This document shows positions 1-32,368 of a DNA stretch of 64,000 bases, piece by piece. Below the pieces are notes generated by a model. It was given only the letters and a program-made list of their open reading frames with translations. It searched no databases and was not told the DNA's origin. Position 1 is the stretch's first letter. Every line of letters starts with the position of its first letter. The DNA comes from Eledone cirrhosa (lineage: Eukaryota): assembly GCA_964016885.1 (NCBI GenBank), contig OZ024756.1:19406001-19470000 (forward strand), read 5' to 3'. A program made the translations under genes and the position numbers.

Positions 1-1039
1 CTCATACAGAACACATTCAAAACCAACATTGTCACTCCTTTAGAATAAGAGATCACTTTAACACCACCTCTATGTCTCACTATATCAAGGAACTCAAGGA
101 TAGTGGAATTAAAAACATTGCTGAGCCCTCGGTAGAGTGTGGGGAAAGTATATAAGCAAGATGCAGCACCCCAGACCATCTGAAAGCTCAGTAGCTTCAG
201 TACTCACTTGGTCTGTGATGACCTGCCCAACCCCCTGCTAGTAGGGAAAATTAACGTTAAATGATGATGAGAATGGTAATGGTGATGATGATGATGATGA
301 TAATGATTACATAGATGGCATCTCTCCAACATATCTATATGGAGTGAGTATAAAAGATAAAAGTTATTTCAAATCTCCAATCAGTAACACATTGCTAGGT
401 GGACCTACCTGCCATATGAATAACTTGTTCTATGTTTGCAGCCAAAATATGGTATAAATAACTTCTGTTTTGACAGAAATGTAATATATTATTTAACCTA
501 TTTGGTATGAAGCCAACCAAAACTGACTGTTTCTATGAAACAAAACCACCCATCTAAAAGGGTTCTTATTAAATTAAAACCTTCAAACATAATTTTACAT
601 AAATACCACATGTTAAGTTACTATCTTAGTTATGAAATGATCATTTTCTTTATGTTGACTTTTCCATGCTGACATGGGTTGGATGGGACTTTTGAGGGGC
701 AATGTTTTACAGCTGGACACCCTTCCTGACACCAACCCTTTCAGTTGCTTCTAACAACAGCAAGGATACAGTGTACTTATGCTAAACCGGACACACACAA
801 ATATCCATAATTTTAGTAAATTCCTCAAAATTCTTCCTTAATTCATTGAAATAGTATTTCAGGAGAAATACAGCCATGAAAGGGTTAGAGTTTATATTTA
901 AATTTAAATCTAACAATTTTATATATATATAAACCTTATGTTAAGTTCCTTAGCAATGAAATAATAATTTTAGTAAATCTCTTAAAATTAGTCATTAAAT
1001 TGAAATAGTGTATTTCATTAAAAGTACAGCAGGCATCTA

Positions 1040-1515
1040 TCATATTCTGAGCGCCTTGCTTCCCTGGGCATGGATGCATTGAAGCTCCGACGCCTGGCAA
1101 CTGACTTGGTAAACACCCACAAAATTGTTAACCATGTTGCCAACAACAACTCTCCCTGAGTACCTTTTTGATTTCCATGTGTCTAACACACGTGGACATG
1201 CCCACAAAGTCAGAAAACAGCACAGTTCCCATGACTTTCGGAAACATTTTTTCACGCTCAGAGTTGCTGAAGCATGGAACAAACTACCTTCATCAGTTGT
1301 TAGCTGTCGAGACACTGCATCCTTTAAGGCCTCCATGCTTCCCGAGATCCGCCAACACTACAGCTAATGTTCCCCCTCCATACACATACACACATGTATA
1401 CCATGACACTGTTCACTTCCCTGACATTTGTGTATTATTCTATGTACTATACATAAACCTTTGACGAGTTGTAGTGCACCTGAGCACATTACACAATAAT
1501 TTCATTATTATTATT
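1040..1515 (+). mobile_element. CR1-type LINE 3' fragment
   Basis: TRGHAHKVRKQHSSHDFRKHFFTLRVAEAWNKLPSSVV is a CR1 ORF2 C-terminus; ends in an (ATT)n tail. Confidence 0.85.
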
Positions 1516-1557
1516 ATTTTAAAACAGTTAACAAGCAGTGCTAGGAGGGTGGTATAG

Positions 1558-1747
1558 TACAAGGGTAGGCTGAAAAGTTCATAGGCTGACTATGAAGGAG
1601 TGATGCTAGAGCTGTGAAATCTTGCATGCATTAATTTCAACTCTTCTTAATAACTGCATTGTTTTTTCCATGGACTATGTCGAAAAATAAACCCCATTTG
1701 GTCATTCATATCTTGGTCATCCTATGAATTTTTCAGCCAACTCTTGT
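1558..1747. mobile_element. mariner-like MITE
   Basis: TIR (ta)c(a/g)agggt(a/c)ggctgaaaagttc; copies at about 2697-2884, 26810-26968, 31000-31195, 39025-39225 and 39247-39447; related element 57531-57745. Confidence 0.7.
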
Positions 1748-1788
1748 GTATGTGTATGTATGTGTGTATGTATGTATGTATGTATGTA

Positions 1789-1855
<67 letters not shown>

Positions 1856-1857
<2 letters not shown>

Positions 1858-2200
1858 AGGCACATGGCTTAGTGGTTAAAGCATTGGCCTTGCAATCGAA
1901 AGGTTGTGTGTTCAATTCTCAGACCGAGTGATGGGTTGTTTCCTTGAGCAAGACACTTTATTTCACATTGCTCCAGTTTACTCAGCTGTAGAAATGAGAT
2001 GATAGGGACTGGTGTCCCTATCATTCCACTGTAAAGTGGTCGTGGAGGTGCCACGGCAAAAAAGCACCCAGCACTCGCTGTAAATGAGGTTGGTGTTAGG
2101 AAGGGCATCCAGCTGTAGAAATCAAGCCAGAATCAGTTCCCGTCCCACCCTTGCAAGCAGGAAGAAGCGGACGTAAAATGAAATGATGATGATGATGATG
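1856..2200 (+). mobile_element. tRNA-derived SINE with RTE-type tail
   Basis: A-box (tggcttagtggtt) and B-box (gttcaattc) head, ccttgagcaagacactt central module, tail ending in (ATG)n; near-identical copies at 9597-9941 (-), 10166-10510, 21040-21420 and 43977-44305. Confidence 0.85.
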
Positions 2201-2270
2201 ATATATATATATATATATATATATATACCAAGATAATAATAAATGGAAACTATATTTATAAAACCATATT

Positions 2271-2335
2271 TATTTTATTATATATATTTCAAGGGCGACC
2301 AGGCAAATCTTGGTACGCTTTCATCAGATAAAATA
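2271..2335 (-). ncRNA. Minimal type-I hammerhead ribozyme motif (inverted arm copy)
   Basis: Reverse complement reads tattttat CTGATGA aagcgtaccaagatttgcctggtcgccctt GAAA TATATA TA ataaaata. Confidence 0.78.
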
Positions 2336-2451
2336 CAAAATTTGCTTTATAAATAATGACATACCCATGGAAATCACACCTTAATGGTCCGAAGATTCGC
2401 TGGATAGTCATTCCATGGGTATGTCATTATTTATTTATAAAACAAATTTTG

Positions 2452-2516
2452 TATTTTATCTGATGAAAGAGCACCAAGATTTGCTTGGTCACCCTTGAAA
2501 TATATATAATAAAATA
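2452..2516 (+). ncRNA. Minimal type-I hammerhead ribozyme motif
   Basis: tattttat-CTGATGA-stem II(aag..accaag atttg cttggt..ctt)-GAAA-TATATA-TA-ataaaata; 8-bp stem I. Confidence 0.8.
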
Positions 2517-2645
2517 AATATGGTTTTATAAATATAGTTTCCATTTATTATTATCTTGGAATATTTACTCCAGTAACTTGTTGAGTGCTCTATATCAGTT
2601 ATAAACATTTATGTTTGTCGGAATTCCAACAAATTAAATACAACT

Positions 2646-2699
<54 letters not shown>

Positions 2700-3586
2700 A
2701 GGGTAGACTGAAAGGTTCTTAGGCTGACAATGAAATTTTGAGCTGTGAAATTTTGCATGTATTAATTTCAACTATTATTAATAACTGCATTGTTTCTTTC
2801 CAGGGACTATGTTGAAAAATAAACCTCATTTGGTCATTCCATGAGAGTATCTTGGTCAGACTATGAACTTTTCAGCCGACCCTCAAAGATAAAATTATTT
2901 CTTAAAATAATCTGCTAGTGACCTGTCCAACCCTTACTAGTGGGGAAAGAAGACATTAAACAATGATGATGATGAAATAAATGGTTGACAAGCTGTGCCA
3001 AGAGATTGATGTAGCAGATAAGATTCTCTGTTAAAATAATCTACTGATAATCCGACCAACACTTGATAGCAGGGAAAATAGACATTAAACAATGGTGGTG
3101 GTGATGATGATGATAAAATAAACAAAGAGAAAAAAAAGAACTCTTCATATTCAGAAACAAAAATAGTGCATGAAGTCAAAATAAATATATTTTGTATGTA
3201 GAAGTGGGGAAATAATTTTCGTCATCTGATTTAGAATGCCAGAATTTATGGTAATAAATATTCAAACCAGCAAGAGACCCAGGGTAGACCCCAAGCAAGG
3301 TGGTTGGATAACATCCATGAGCTTGGGTGGACACCCTACCTGACACCAACCCTTTCAGTCTTTCTTACAACAAGGATACAGTGTACTTATGCTAAACCGA
3401 ATGCTCACAAATATACATAATTTAATAAGTTCCTCAAAATTCTTAATAACTGTATTTGGGGATTCATCCGGATCCGTTGGAGACGGTTACTTCCGACAAG
3501 ACCTGCTGGAAGGGGTGTTTGAGGACTGCCTCCACGACCCTCTTAGGAATAAGAAGGTGAAGAAGAATATTCCTATAACTTGTAAT

Positions 3587-3813
3587 TTAACCCTTTAGCA
3601 TTTACATTACTCGATATATACTATTGCATTTTCACAGTAAAGGCTTTATCTCATAATTATTTCACATAATATTGGATCTATGAGATTTTGATGTTATTTA
3701 TTTTGAGAACAATACCTTAACATCAGTATGAGGGGCTGGTTATGGGTGGTTTGAACAGAAAGAGGTGAGAGAATTCTGGCCAGATATGGCCAGTTTAAAT
3801 GCTAAAGGGTAAA
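3587..3813. mobile_element. piggyBac-like MITE (TTAA-flanked, CCCTTTAGCATTTA termini)
   Basis: Copies at about 11566-11780, 13808-14025, 14235-14445, 18413-18621, 20255-20455, 45143-45359, 53130-53617 (pair), 58717-58930 and 59080-59295. Confidence 0.75.
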
Positions 3814-4382
3814 GGTGAATGAAATCTTGTGAAATAAAACAAACTAAAAACCAAAGACACAGAAGGTGATGCCAAAATATTAAAAACACGAACAAAAGTG
3901 AAGGAGAAAAACATTCCGGAACTGGTGGTGGTAGTGGTGGTAACACCATATTTGGTGTTATATAGAAGCAAATGGCATACACACACACACACACATGTGC
4001 ACACACTCACAGACGTGTTCTCACATGGATACACAAACACTTGCATATGCGCACATACACACAGATACATACATGAACACACCTATACACACGCATAGAC
4101 AACTGACATGCGCACGGGGACACACACATGAATCCCACACAGACATGTGCACACAGATACACACAAGCCTTCACGCACTCACACACAGATACATACATGA
4201 ATCACAAATGTGTATGCCCACACAGATACACACAAGCCTGCACACACACACACACATGAAAAGAAGCTTGAATATCCACAAGCTTGCATTGTTTTGGGAA
4301 TTGGAAGAGAAATAAGAAACCAAAGAAAGCTTGCATGCAGTGACAGAGGCAGCCGAGAGGAAATTGATAGCTCGGAACTTAC

Positions 4383-24950
<20,568 letters not shown>

Positions 24951-25756
24951 AACGAACAGATACTACTGCTGTTCGAGCAGTCCAAGAGTAATGGTAGGAT
25001 TTCTCTCAATAAATATATTTTCCTCCTGGACCAAAAAAATAAGCTTTGGAAGCTTACTGTTGTTGTTGTTGTTGTTTTAATTAAACATCGCTGTCGTTAT
25101 ACACAAACCATGGTTATTAAACAGCAGAGTCTGACGTGCTTCACATAAACAAGAAGGAAGAAGAGAAACAATGTGGGAAGAAGAGTGAGTAATAGGAAAA
25201 TAATTTACATCAGAAATATTGACATAAAGACCCACAGAGATAAGAAGAGAGGAGAAAAATAATTAATCAATTCTTGATTTTTTTTTCCTTTCTTATTTAC
25301 ACAGTTATCGCTTTTACTCCGGGTTAAAAGGTTTCGTTTAAAGGCAGGTCTCTCGCTTTCCTAGATAGTAACAGAAGCGTTTTCCCTCAACAGAACCGAA
25401 AGTGTAGCGGGAAGAGGAGGAAATATATATAAACAGTGAGTGTATATGTATATATATCAACGAAGATATTATACAAGAGATGATGTCGGTGGAGTAGAAG
25501 TGTCTTAACGTCAGTGAGACTTTTACTTCCGGGTCATTACATGACCTCCAACACAAATTTCTTAACCAGTTTTCTCGAGTTTTCCACTTTTCCCTTCTCT
25601 CTATCTCTCACAATTTTTTTTTTTTTTAATAGTTTTTTTTAACAGAGGGGTTTTCCTTGTTGCTCTCTCTCTCTATATATATATATATCCGTGTGTGGTT
25701 GATGACGGCTAAGAGAAACGAGTACTCAATACCGAAGTAGAGTTTTAATATTCATT

Positions 25757-25905
25757 AGGCGTTGAGTTACGGCCCTTGCCATTCTGAGTTCAAATCCCGC
25801 CGAGGTTAACTTTGCCTTTCATCCTTACGGGGTCGATAAAATAAAGTACCAGTAATACACTGGGTAATTGCTGGCCTTGTGCCAAAAGTAGAAACAATTA
25901 TTATT
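25757..25905 (+). mobile_element. Second SINE family (gttcaaatcc...gcctttcatccttacggggtcgataaa)
   Basis: B-box plus conserved central motif; copies at about 22835-23020 (-), 37085-37300, 48890-49060, 51840-52050 (-) and 58030-58190. Confidence 0.7.
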
Positions 25906-27072
25906 AAGGCTAAAACGAAACTCCAGAGTAACAAGACCCACCCCCTTCATTAGCACTTCGTCATAACTATTTTCACCATCACTACATCTCACCCTCTGAA
26001 ATTCCTGAAACACCTGTGACTACCTCCTCTACACTAATGGAGGTCACCTTTTTACTCCTACTCATTAGCCATCAAATCCCACCACACCTGCATAACATCC
26101 TTAACAAGCTTCTCTCTCCTCTCCTTTTCACTTCAGAGGAGATAAGAGCCTTTTCAGTTGGAACTATAACCAACAACTTCTCCAGTATTGGTGCCATGAA
26201 AAAAGGGCTCTTCAACGGCATGACAACTTCTCTAGTAGTGTTCATCATCATCATCATCATCATCACCGTTTTACGTCCGTTCTTCCACGCTAGCATGGGT
26301 TAGACGGGTTGTCCTGTTGTGGGCAGTGTCTGGTCGGCTGACCATGTCTTGCTCATACAGGAACTGATTTGGCTTGATTTCTACAGCTGGATGCCCTTCC
26401 TAACACCAACCTCATTTACAGTGAGTGCTGGATACTTTTTTCCGTGGCGCCTACACGTCCACTTTACAGTGTGGGCTGGGTGCTTTTTTTTTTTCGTGGC
26501 ACCTCCACGACCACCTTGTGGTGGGGTGTGTGGGGGCATATTGTCTATATGCTTCAGCTTGTTCATCCACTCAATAAATACACCTAGTGTGATAGCAAGG
26601 AGCTGTAGAAAGCTTGCCAAACAAAAGGTTTGGAGGACCCTACAGTTGTGTCAAAGATACAACAGTCTTCCTAGTGTTGGTGTCATGATAAAATGCACTC
26701 AGCAGAGTGCGGGATAATATGTAGGCAAAATGCAAGCCACTGGCCCATCTAACAGTTCAGTAAATTCGCTTGAGTATTGACTTGGTGTGCTAGAAAAAAC
26801 GATCGGTTTAAGAGTTCACAAGCTGACCAAGATACTCTCATGGAAGGACTGAATGAGGTTTATTTTTCAACATAGACCCTGGAGGGTTGAAATTAATGCA
26901 TGCAAGATTTCACAGCTCTACCATCAACCCTTCATAGTTAGACTATGAACTTTTCAGCCAACCCTCATGTATGTGTATATATATATAATAATAATAATAA
27001 TAATAAAAATGAAATTATTGTGTACAGTGCTTAGGTGCTCTACATCTATATATATACACACATACGCGAGGG

Positions 27073-27116
<44 letters not shown>

Positions 27117-27509
27117 TGCAGCATACATATAAACTTTATTGGCATATTACAATCTTTTCAATATTGATCAGCTGAGGGTGTGTGTATATATGTATGTAAG
27201 TATGTGTATGTATGTATCATCACCACTTAACGGGTATTTTCCACGCTTGCATAGTTAAATAGGTTGTCATTTTATGAGGCCAGACAGATCAGTTGACCAT
27301 GTGTTTGTGTTGTGTTGTGTTCCATAGGAAGCATTCACTGAAACATTGATGTCACTGCCACGTTTTACTTCAGACAATCAATCTTACACTCAGCTCAAAG
27401 GTATTGAGTGCTCATTCAATCAATGTTTTAACATTTTATGTACACTGTTATTTAAAACTATACATACATGTACATTATACATATGTACATACATACTTAC
27501 ATACATACA

Positions 27510-27665
27510 TGGTGGCTGCCAACTCGTTTTCGAGTACGGCCACTACTTTATATCCATGTTAGAAGAAACCCTACCGATGCGCTGAACGAGTGTGACTTTT
27601 TAGTCCAGCCAGTGACATGAAAACTCTGGTACAAACACTACACTTGTGACAATTACTGACACATA
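27510..27665 (-). mobile_element. RTE-type LINE 3' end with C2H2-like finger
   Basis: CSVCTRVFMSLAGLKSHTRSAH-stop, then short UTR and (ATGT)n tail. Confidence 0.55.
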
Positions 27666-29149
27666 CATACATACACACATATGTACATACATACCTACAT
27701 ATGTACATCCATAAACACATATATACATACATATACAGGATGTCCCCCAAAAAATGTATACAAACTTCAAAAGCATTCTCATAAATGTGTGTATACATTT
27801 TTGGGGACACCCTGTATATAATAACAACAACAACAATTATAATAATGATAAGGAGCAAGGATGAAGTATCAATATAATATCAATATGTTTATTCATACAT
27901 GATGTGTATTTCACAATCGATCAGCTCAAGGTACAAAGTAAAAATGGCGTTGACATTACAGTGCAATGGGCAGAAACATGATAGTACCATTGATGATGTC
28001 ACAGGTGTGTGATGAAAGAACTTTGATAGACTATATGTATATATTTATATCTATTTTTAACCGTCGGTCAATCAATGAGAAACCTTGATTGCCAGATAAA
28101 TTAACTATTGAGATATAAAAGATACAGAAGTGAAAATCAATCCAAACCAAACAGTGTGTTTTATTATTTCTGGCAATATTACAACAATATGACCCTCTCC
28201 AAATATAACAATATATATACATGGAAGTTTGGATGAGATCACCCATGTAAACTCACATATCTGAGGTGTTGATTAAGAGCCGGGATCCGATCGCTTGATC
28301 AAACCAGAGTTGATCGATATCAAAACAGTTGTAATATGCAATAAAGTGTCATAACAAGCTGCAAATCTGACTTCCTATTGTCACTTCCTCTCTTTGTGTG
28401 TGTGTGTTGATCCATAGTTAAAGTGGGCTAACCACATTTAAAAAGGTACTCAATACATTAATAGAGTGTAAACATCATTAATTAATATAGAAATGTCCTC
28501 CACAGGACTAGAACTGTTTCATTCCTGATAATTCCATATGAATGAAACAGTTCTAGTTCTATAGAAGCCATTTTAAAATTAAATAATGGTATATATATAT
28601 ATATATATATAGTGCGTGTTATATTCTTTGAGAATTAAACACTCAATCGCTTGTTCACTTTGATGTACCTTGAGCTAGACCCATTGAAATAAATTAATAA
28701 AATATTTAATTTAAGGAATTCTAATTTTGAAGATTTTTTAACGACGAGAACATTCATAAATATTTTCTCTCTCTTGGAATTTTTTAACTATTCCTATCAA
28801 ATTTAACACAAATTTCTTCAGAATTAGCTACTTGTTTGCACCAAGATTTACAGGAATGTTTCAAAGAAGAATTCTAGAGATTTTGCATCCGATAAAATAA
28901 CAGCACTTTGAGTTGTATATTTTATATTTTTTTTATTGTTAATTCTTTTGATATGAACCTGGTGAAAATCAGCTCTAGTTCTGTGAAATGAAACCACCTA
29001 GTTTAATCGGTTCCAATTTAAATTAAAATCTTATAGTTCAACATAATTTTATATGAGAACTATATGTTAAGTTTACTAACTTTGCAAAGCTTGTAAGACA
29101 AAAACAAAACAGTATTAAAGTATATACATATAATCAATTAATTATTGTT

Positions 29150-29830
29150 AGGAACCTTAGGGTTCTCCACAACACAACGGAACCCACTGTGATCATGGAA
29201 TGCAATGTCACCTGTGAGACTTGGAACCGACTCATACACTGCCAAGTAGATGTCCCTCCTCCTCTTCTTCCTATAGACATCAAATCCTCCCAGAGCATAT
29301 GAGATGACATCCAGTGTGACATGGATTCGGACAGGCTAGTTTGCCAGCTTGACCAGCACCGCCTCGCATGTTTGCGCTTGGTCTTGCAACCCCACAGTGA
29401 TGACTAGCTCAATGCCTTATCCTCCTTTCAACTGGTACCCAGCTGGATAATGATAGCCTGTGAATTGAGGTTCTCCTGAGGATCAGCCTCTGGATCTGCG
29501 AGCCACACAGGGGAAAGTCCAATAAGAAAAGCGAAAAAGACAAACAAAACATCAATTCAATACTAAGTATGTCAATCAATCACACACAACAGCACACCAC
29601 AAGGGTCATCAGAAATTTTTGAGGCAACAAACAGGCTCGCAGCATTACCATGGGTGATGGCAAGGGTAAGGCGCTGAAACAGCCAAAGACTCTCATGGGC
29701 ATCACCTCAGACCTCAGTAACATGAGTAACATCACCTCAGACCTCAGTAACATCACCTCAGACCTCAGTAACGATGATAAGAATTTTGCTGTCAGTGGCC
29801 CAGCTCCGCCAGACGTCTCGAATGTCACAG
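29150..29830 (+). mobile_element. Degenerate CRE-like retrotransposon remnant
   Basis: Frameshifted RLACLRLVLQPHSDDxLNALSS...GTQLDNDSL...LRISLWICEPH; includes three copies of the 21-bp catcacctcagacctcagtaa. Confidence 0.55.
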
Positions 29831-29974
29831 GCTGGAAAAAGTAGTTAGTAATGAAATAATTCATCATTTTAATATCTCTCTCAATATTCTTCATTAATCA
29901 ACCTGGTTCAATGAACAGAGGTGCTTGCCAGTAAAGTGAGAGTAGGTAATGAGTTTAGTGAAGAATTCAATGTG

Positions 29975-30910
29975 AAATAATAATAATAATAAAATTATTG
30001 TGTACAGTGCTCAGGTGCACTACAACTCATAAAAGACACACGTATAGTACATAGAATAATGTACAAATGTCAGGAAAGTGAACAGTGTATGAGTCATGAT
30101 ATACATATGTGCATGTGTATAGAGGGGGGATATCAGGTGTAGTGTTGGAAAATTTCAGGAACCATGGAGGTTTTAAAGGATGCAGTGTCTCAGCAGCTAA
30201 CAACTGATGCAGGCAGTTTGTTCCATGCTTCAGCAACTCTGAGCGTGAAAAAATGTTTCTGAAAGTCACGGGAGCTGTGCTGTTTTCTGACTTTGTAGGC
30301 TTGCCCACGTGTGTTAGACACATTGAATTAAAAAAAAGTGCCCAGGGTTGTTGTTGGCAAGATCGTTAATAATTTTGTGGGTGTTTACCAAGTCAGTTGC
30401 CAGATGTCAGAGCTTCAATGTATCCATGCCCAGGGAAGCAAGACGTTCAGAGTATGGTTGATGCCTGATGGAGGGTATTTGCTTGGTTGCACGTCTCTGA
30501 ACAGTTTCCAGGATGTCAATGTTCAGAGCAAGATAGGGGTTTCAGACTGGTGAGACAAATTCTAAGTGTGGCTGCACCATAGCTATATACAGCTTTAAAT
30601 AGATAGCTGGAGAGCAGCTGACAAAGGTGTTGCTGAGTGATGCCAAGACACCCTTGGCCTTCTTGACAATTTTAGAGATGTGCTTTGTCCAACGCAAATC
30701 ACTGCTGACAGTAATGGCCAGGTCACGTTCATAAGAAGACTTCTTGATATTAGTGTTGTGGAGGGAGTATGTGGACATTGGGTTTTTCCTCCCAAAATGC
30801 ATGGTGGTACACTTGTCCACAGCCAGCTTGAGTTGCCAGTCCGTGATCCATTGTGTCCAGCTCTGATTGCAGGAAAGATCTATAGTGTTCAGGATCTGTC
30901 CTTTTTATTT
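29975..30910 (-). mobile_element. CR1-type LINE 3' fragment (degenerate RT C-terminus)
   Basis: MHFGRKNP...ERDLAITVSSDLRWTKHISKIVKKA...KLYIAMVQPHLEF; 3' end matches 1040-1515. Short 3' ends also at about 9955-10055, 26990-27045 and 56140-56275. Confidence 0.85.
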
Positions 30911-32338
30911 CATGGTACAGCTCGATGTCATCTTTCAGTATTGTGGCTGTTCACAAAGGCTCAGTCCTCACCCACCACACCATCTGTTTATTACACTAGA
31001 GCCAACTGAAAAGTTAATTGGCTGACTATGAAGGAGTGATGCTAGAGCTCTAAAATCTTGCATGCATTAATTTCAACTCTTCTTATTAATAACTACATTG
31101 ATTCCTTCCAAGGTCTATGTTGAAAAATAAACCCCATTCGGGCATTCCATGAGAGTGTCTTGGTCAGCATATGAACTTTTCAGCCGACTCTGGTAGTTCT
31201 CCACTTAACAGAGGAGTTTAAGACTAGCTGTCCATGGTAATTCAGTATGCTGATGACGTGATTCTTACAGCGATGAACTGGACTCCACCTGGCGGCAAAC
31301 GGAGGTGGGGTTGCGCCAGGATCACCTGGCGACAAATGTTCCGAAGAGACCTGATAGCAGCCAACATCACTTGGCTTGGACGCAAAAAAGCCACCGCTGA
31401 TCGTGATCGCTGGCGAGTACTTACTTCTCGATGTGCCGAACGGCGTGGAAGAACCTAAGACTAAGACTAATCTGTGGAAAAGCTTGAGAAGAAATTGCCA
31501 TTGTGGAAAAAGAAATTTGGAAGAAAAAGGGCTCTGAGTAAACCTAGCAAAAACATAAGTTTTAGTAGAATGCCTCAGGAAAGAATCGCTGGACAGATTT
31601 TAAGGGCAAAACCAACCGACAGGAGACGCAGGGGTAGACCCTGGGCAAGATGTTTGGATAACACCCATGGATTTGGCAGGTCTCACTTGGAGGAGAAGAG
31701 GAAGGAGAGGAAGAGAAAGGGGAATTTTAAGTGATTCCAAAATTCCTCACGTCGACTGACCGCACCTGTCCTGCAACAGCTAAAAAGCCGTACATTCCTT
31801 TTGGCAACGGAACAAATATTGGACAGCGGAAAAAAACAACAACCATTGAACTATAACCATTTATTTCACATTGCTGCTTCCATACTTACAGCTCAATGTG
31901 TCTCCCCTTCGTTTCCCTCTCTCTTTCTCATTATTTGAGCGGTTATTTCCCTTAGTTACCTCTCCAGTTTGTAAATTTTATTGTTATAATTTGTCGTTTT
32001 CAATATAATTAAGATTATATGAATCATTTAATGTGACTTGTCTTTAATAAATCCTTCGCCGTAAAAATAATTTTTTTTGACAGCATACACAATCTCATTC
32101 ATTTGTTTATTTTTATTTTTTTATAAACTTTCTTATGCTATAATGATAAAAGTATCAGGAAAAAAAATAGCAAAAGGTTGTGATAGCAATTTTGGTCTAT
32201 CGTAGTTAGTTTTTAGTGGAAGTAATGTGTAACCAAGTGAACAGAGACAACAGAATGGTCTACGATTTTTGCTAACATATTCTTGCTCAAAGTTTATTTT
32301 ATTGTTTTGGATTTGGTCGTTCAGACGTCAGAAGCAAC

Positions 32339-32368
32339 ATGACGGACTTCGATACAGATTCAGCAACG
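32339..32368 (+). CDS. CXXC1: CXXC1 putative first coding exon ([10 protein letters not shown])
   Basis: ATG in gcaacATGA context, phase-0 donor gtaaaa, upstream acceptor-like ttcag at 32324; short and not conserved, so less certain. Confidence 0.6.

Larger units (their letters stand above)
2228..2648 (+). mobile_element. Palindromic hammerhead-bearing element, Penelope-like pLTR remnant
   Basis: About 145-bp inverted arms with a ~35-nt spacer plus a ~90-bp tail containing gagtgctcta, flanked by (TA)n; tail also occurs alone at 23492-23578. Confidence 0.65.

Noticed and set aside
409-464. Possible further DNM1L exon (minus strand, cag...gtaggt)
   Set aside because: 56 nt, not frame-preserving, and no resemblance to Drp1 sequence.
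1856-1930. tRNA gene
   Set aside because: tRNA-like A and B boxes continue into SINE body sequence repeated at five loci, and no proper acceptor stem is evident.
29650-29844. TMA7-like small ORF (MGDGKGKALKQPK)
   Set aside because: Similarity is only a few residues, the rest is a 21-bp repeat, and it sits next to a degenerate CRE-like remnant.
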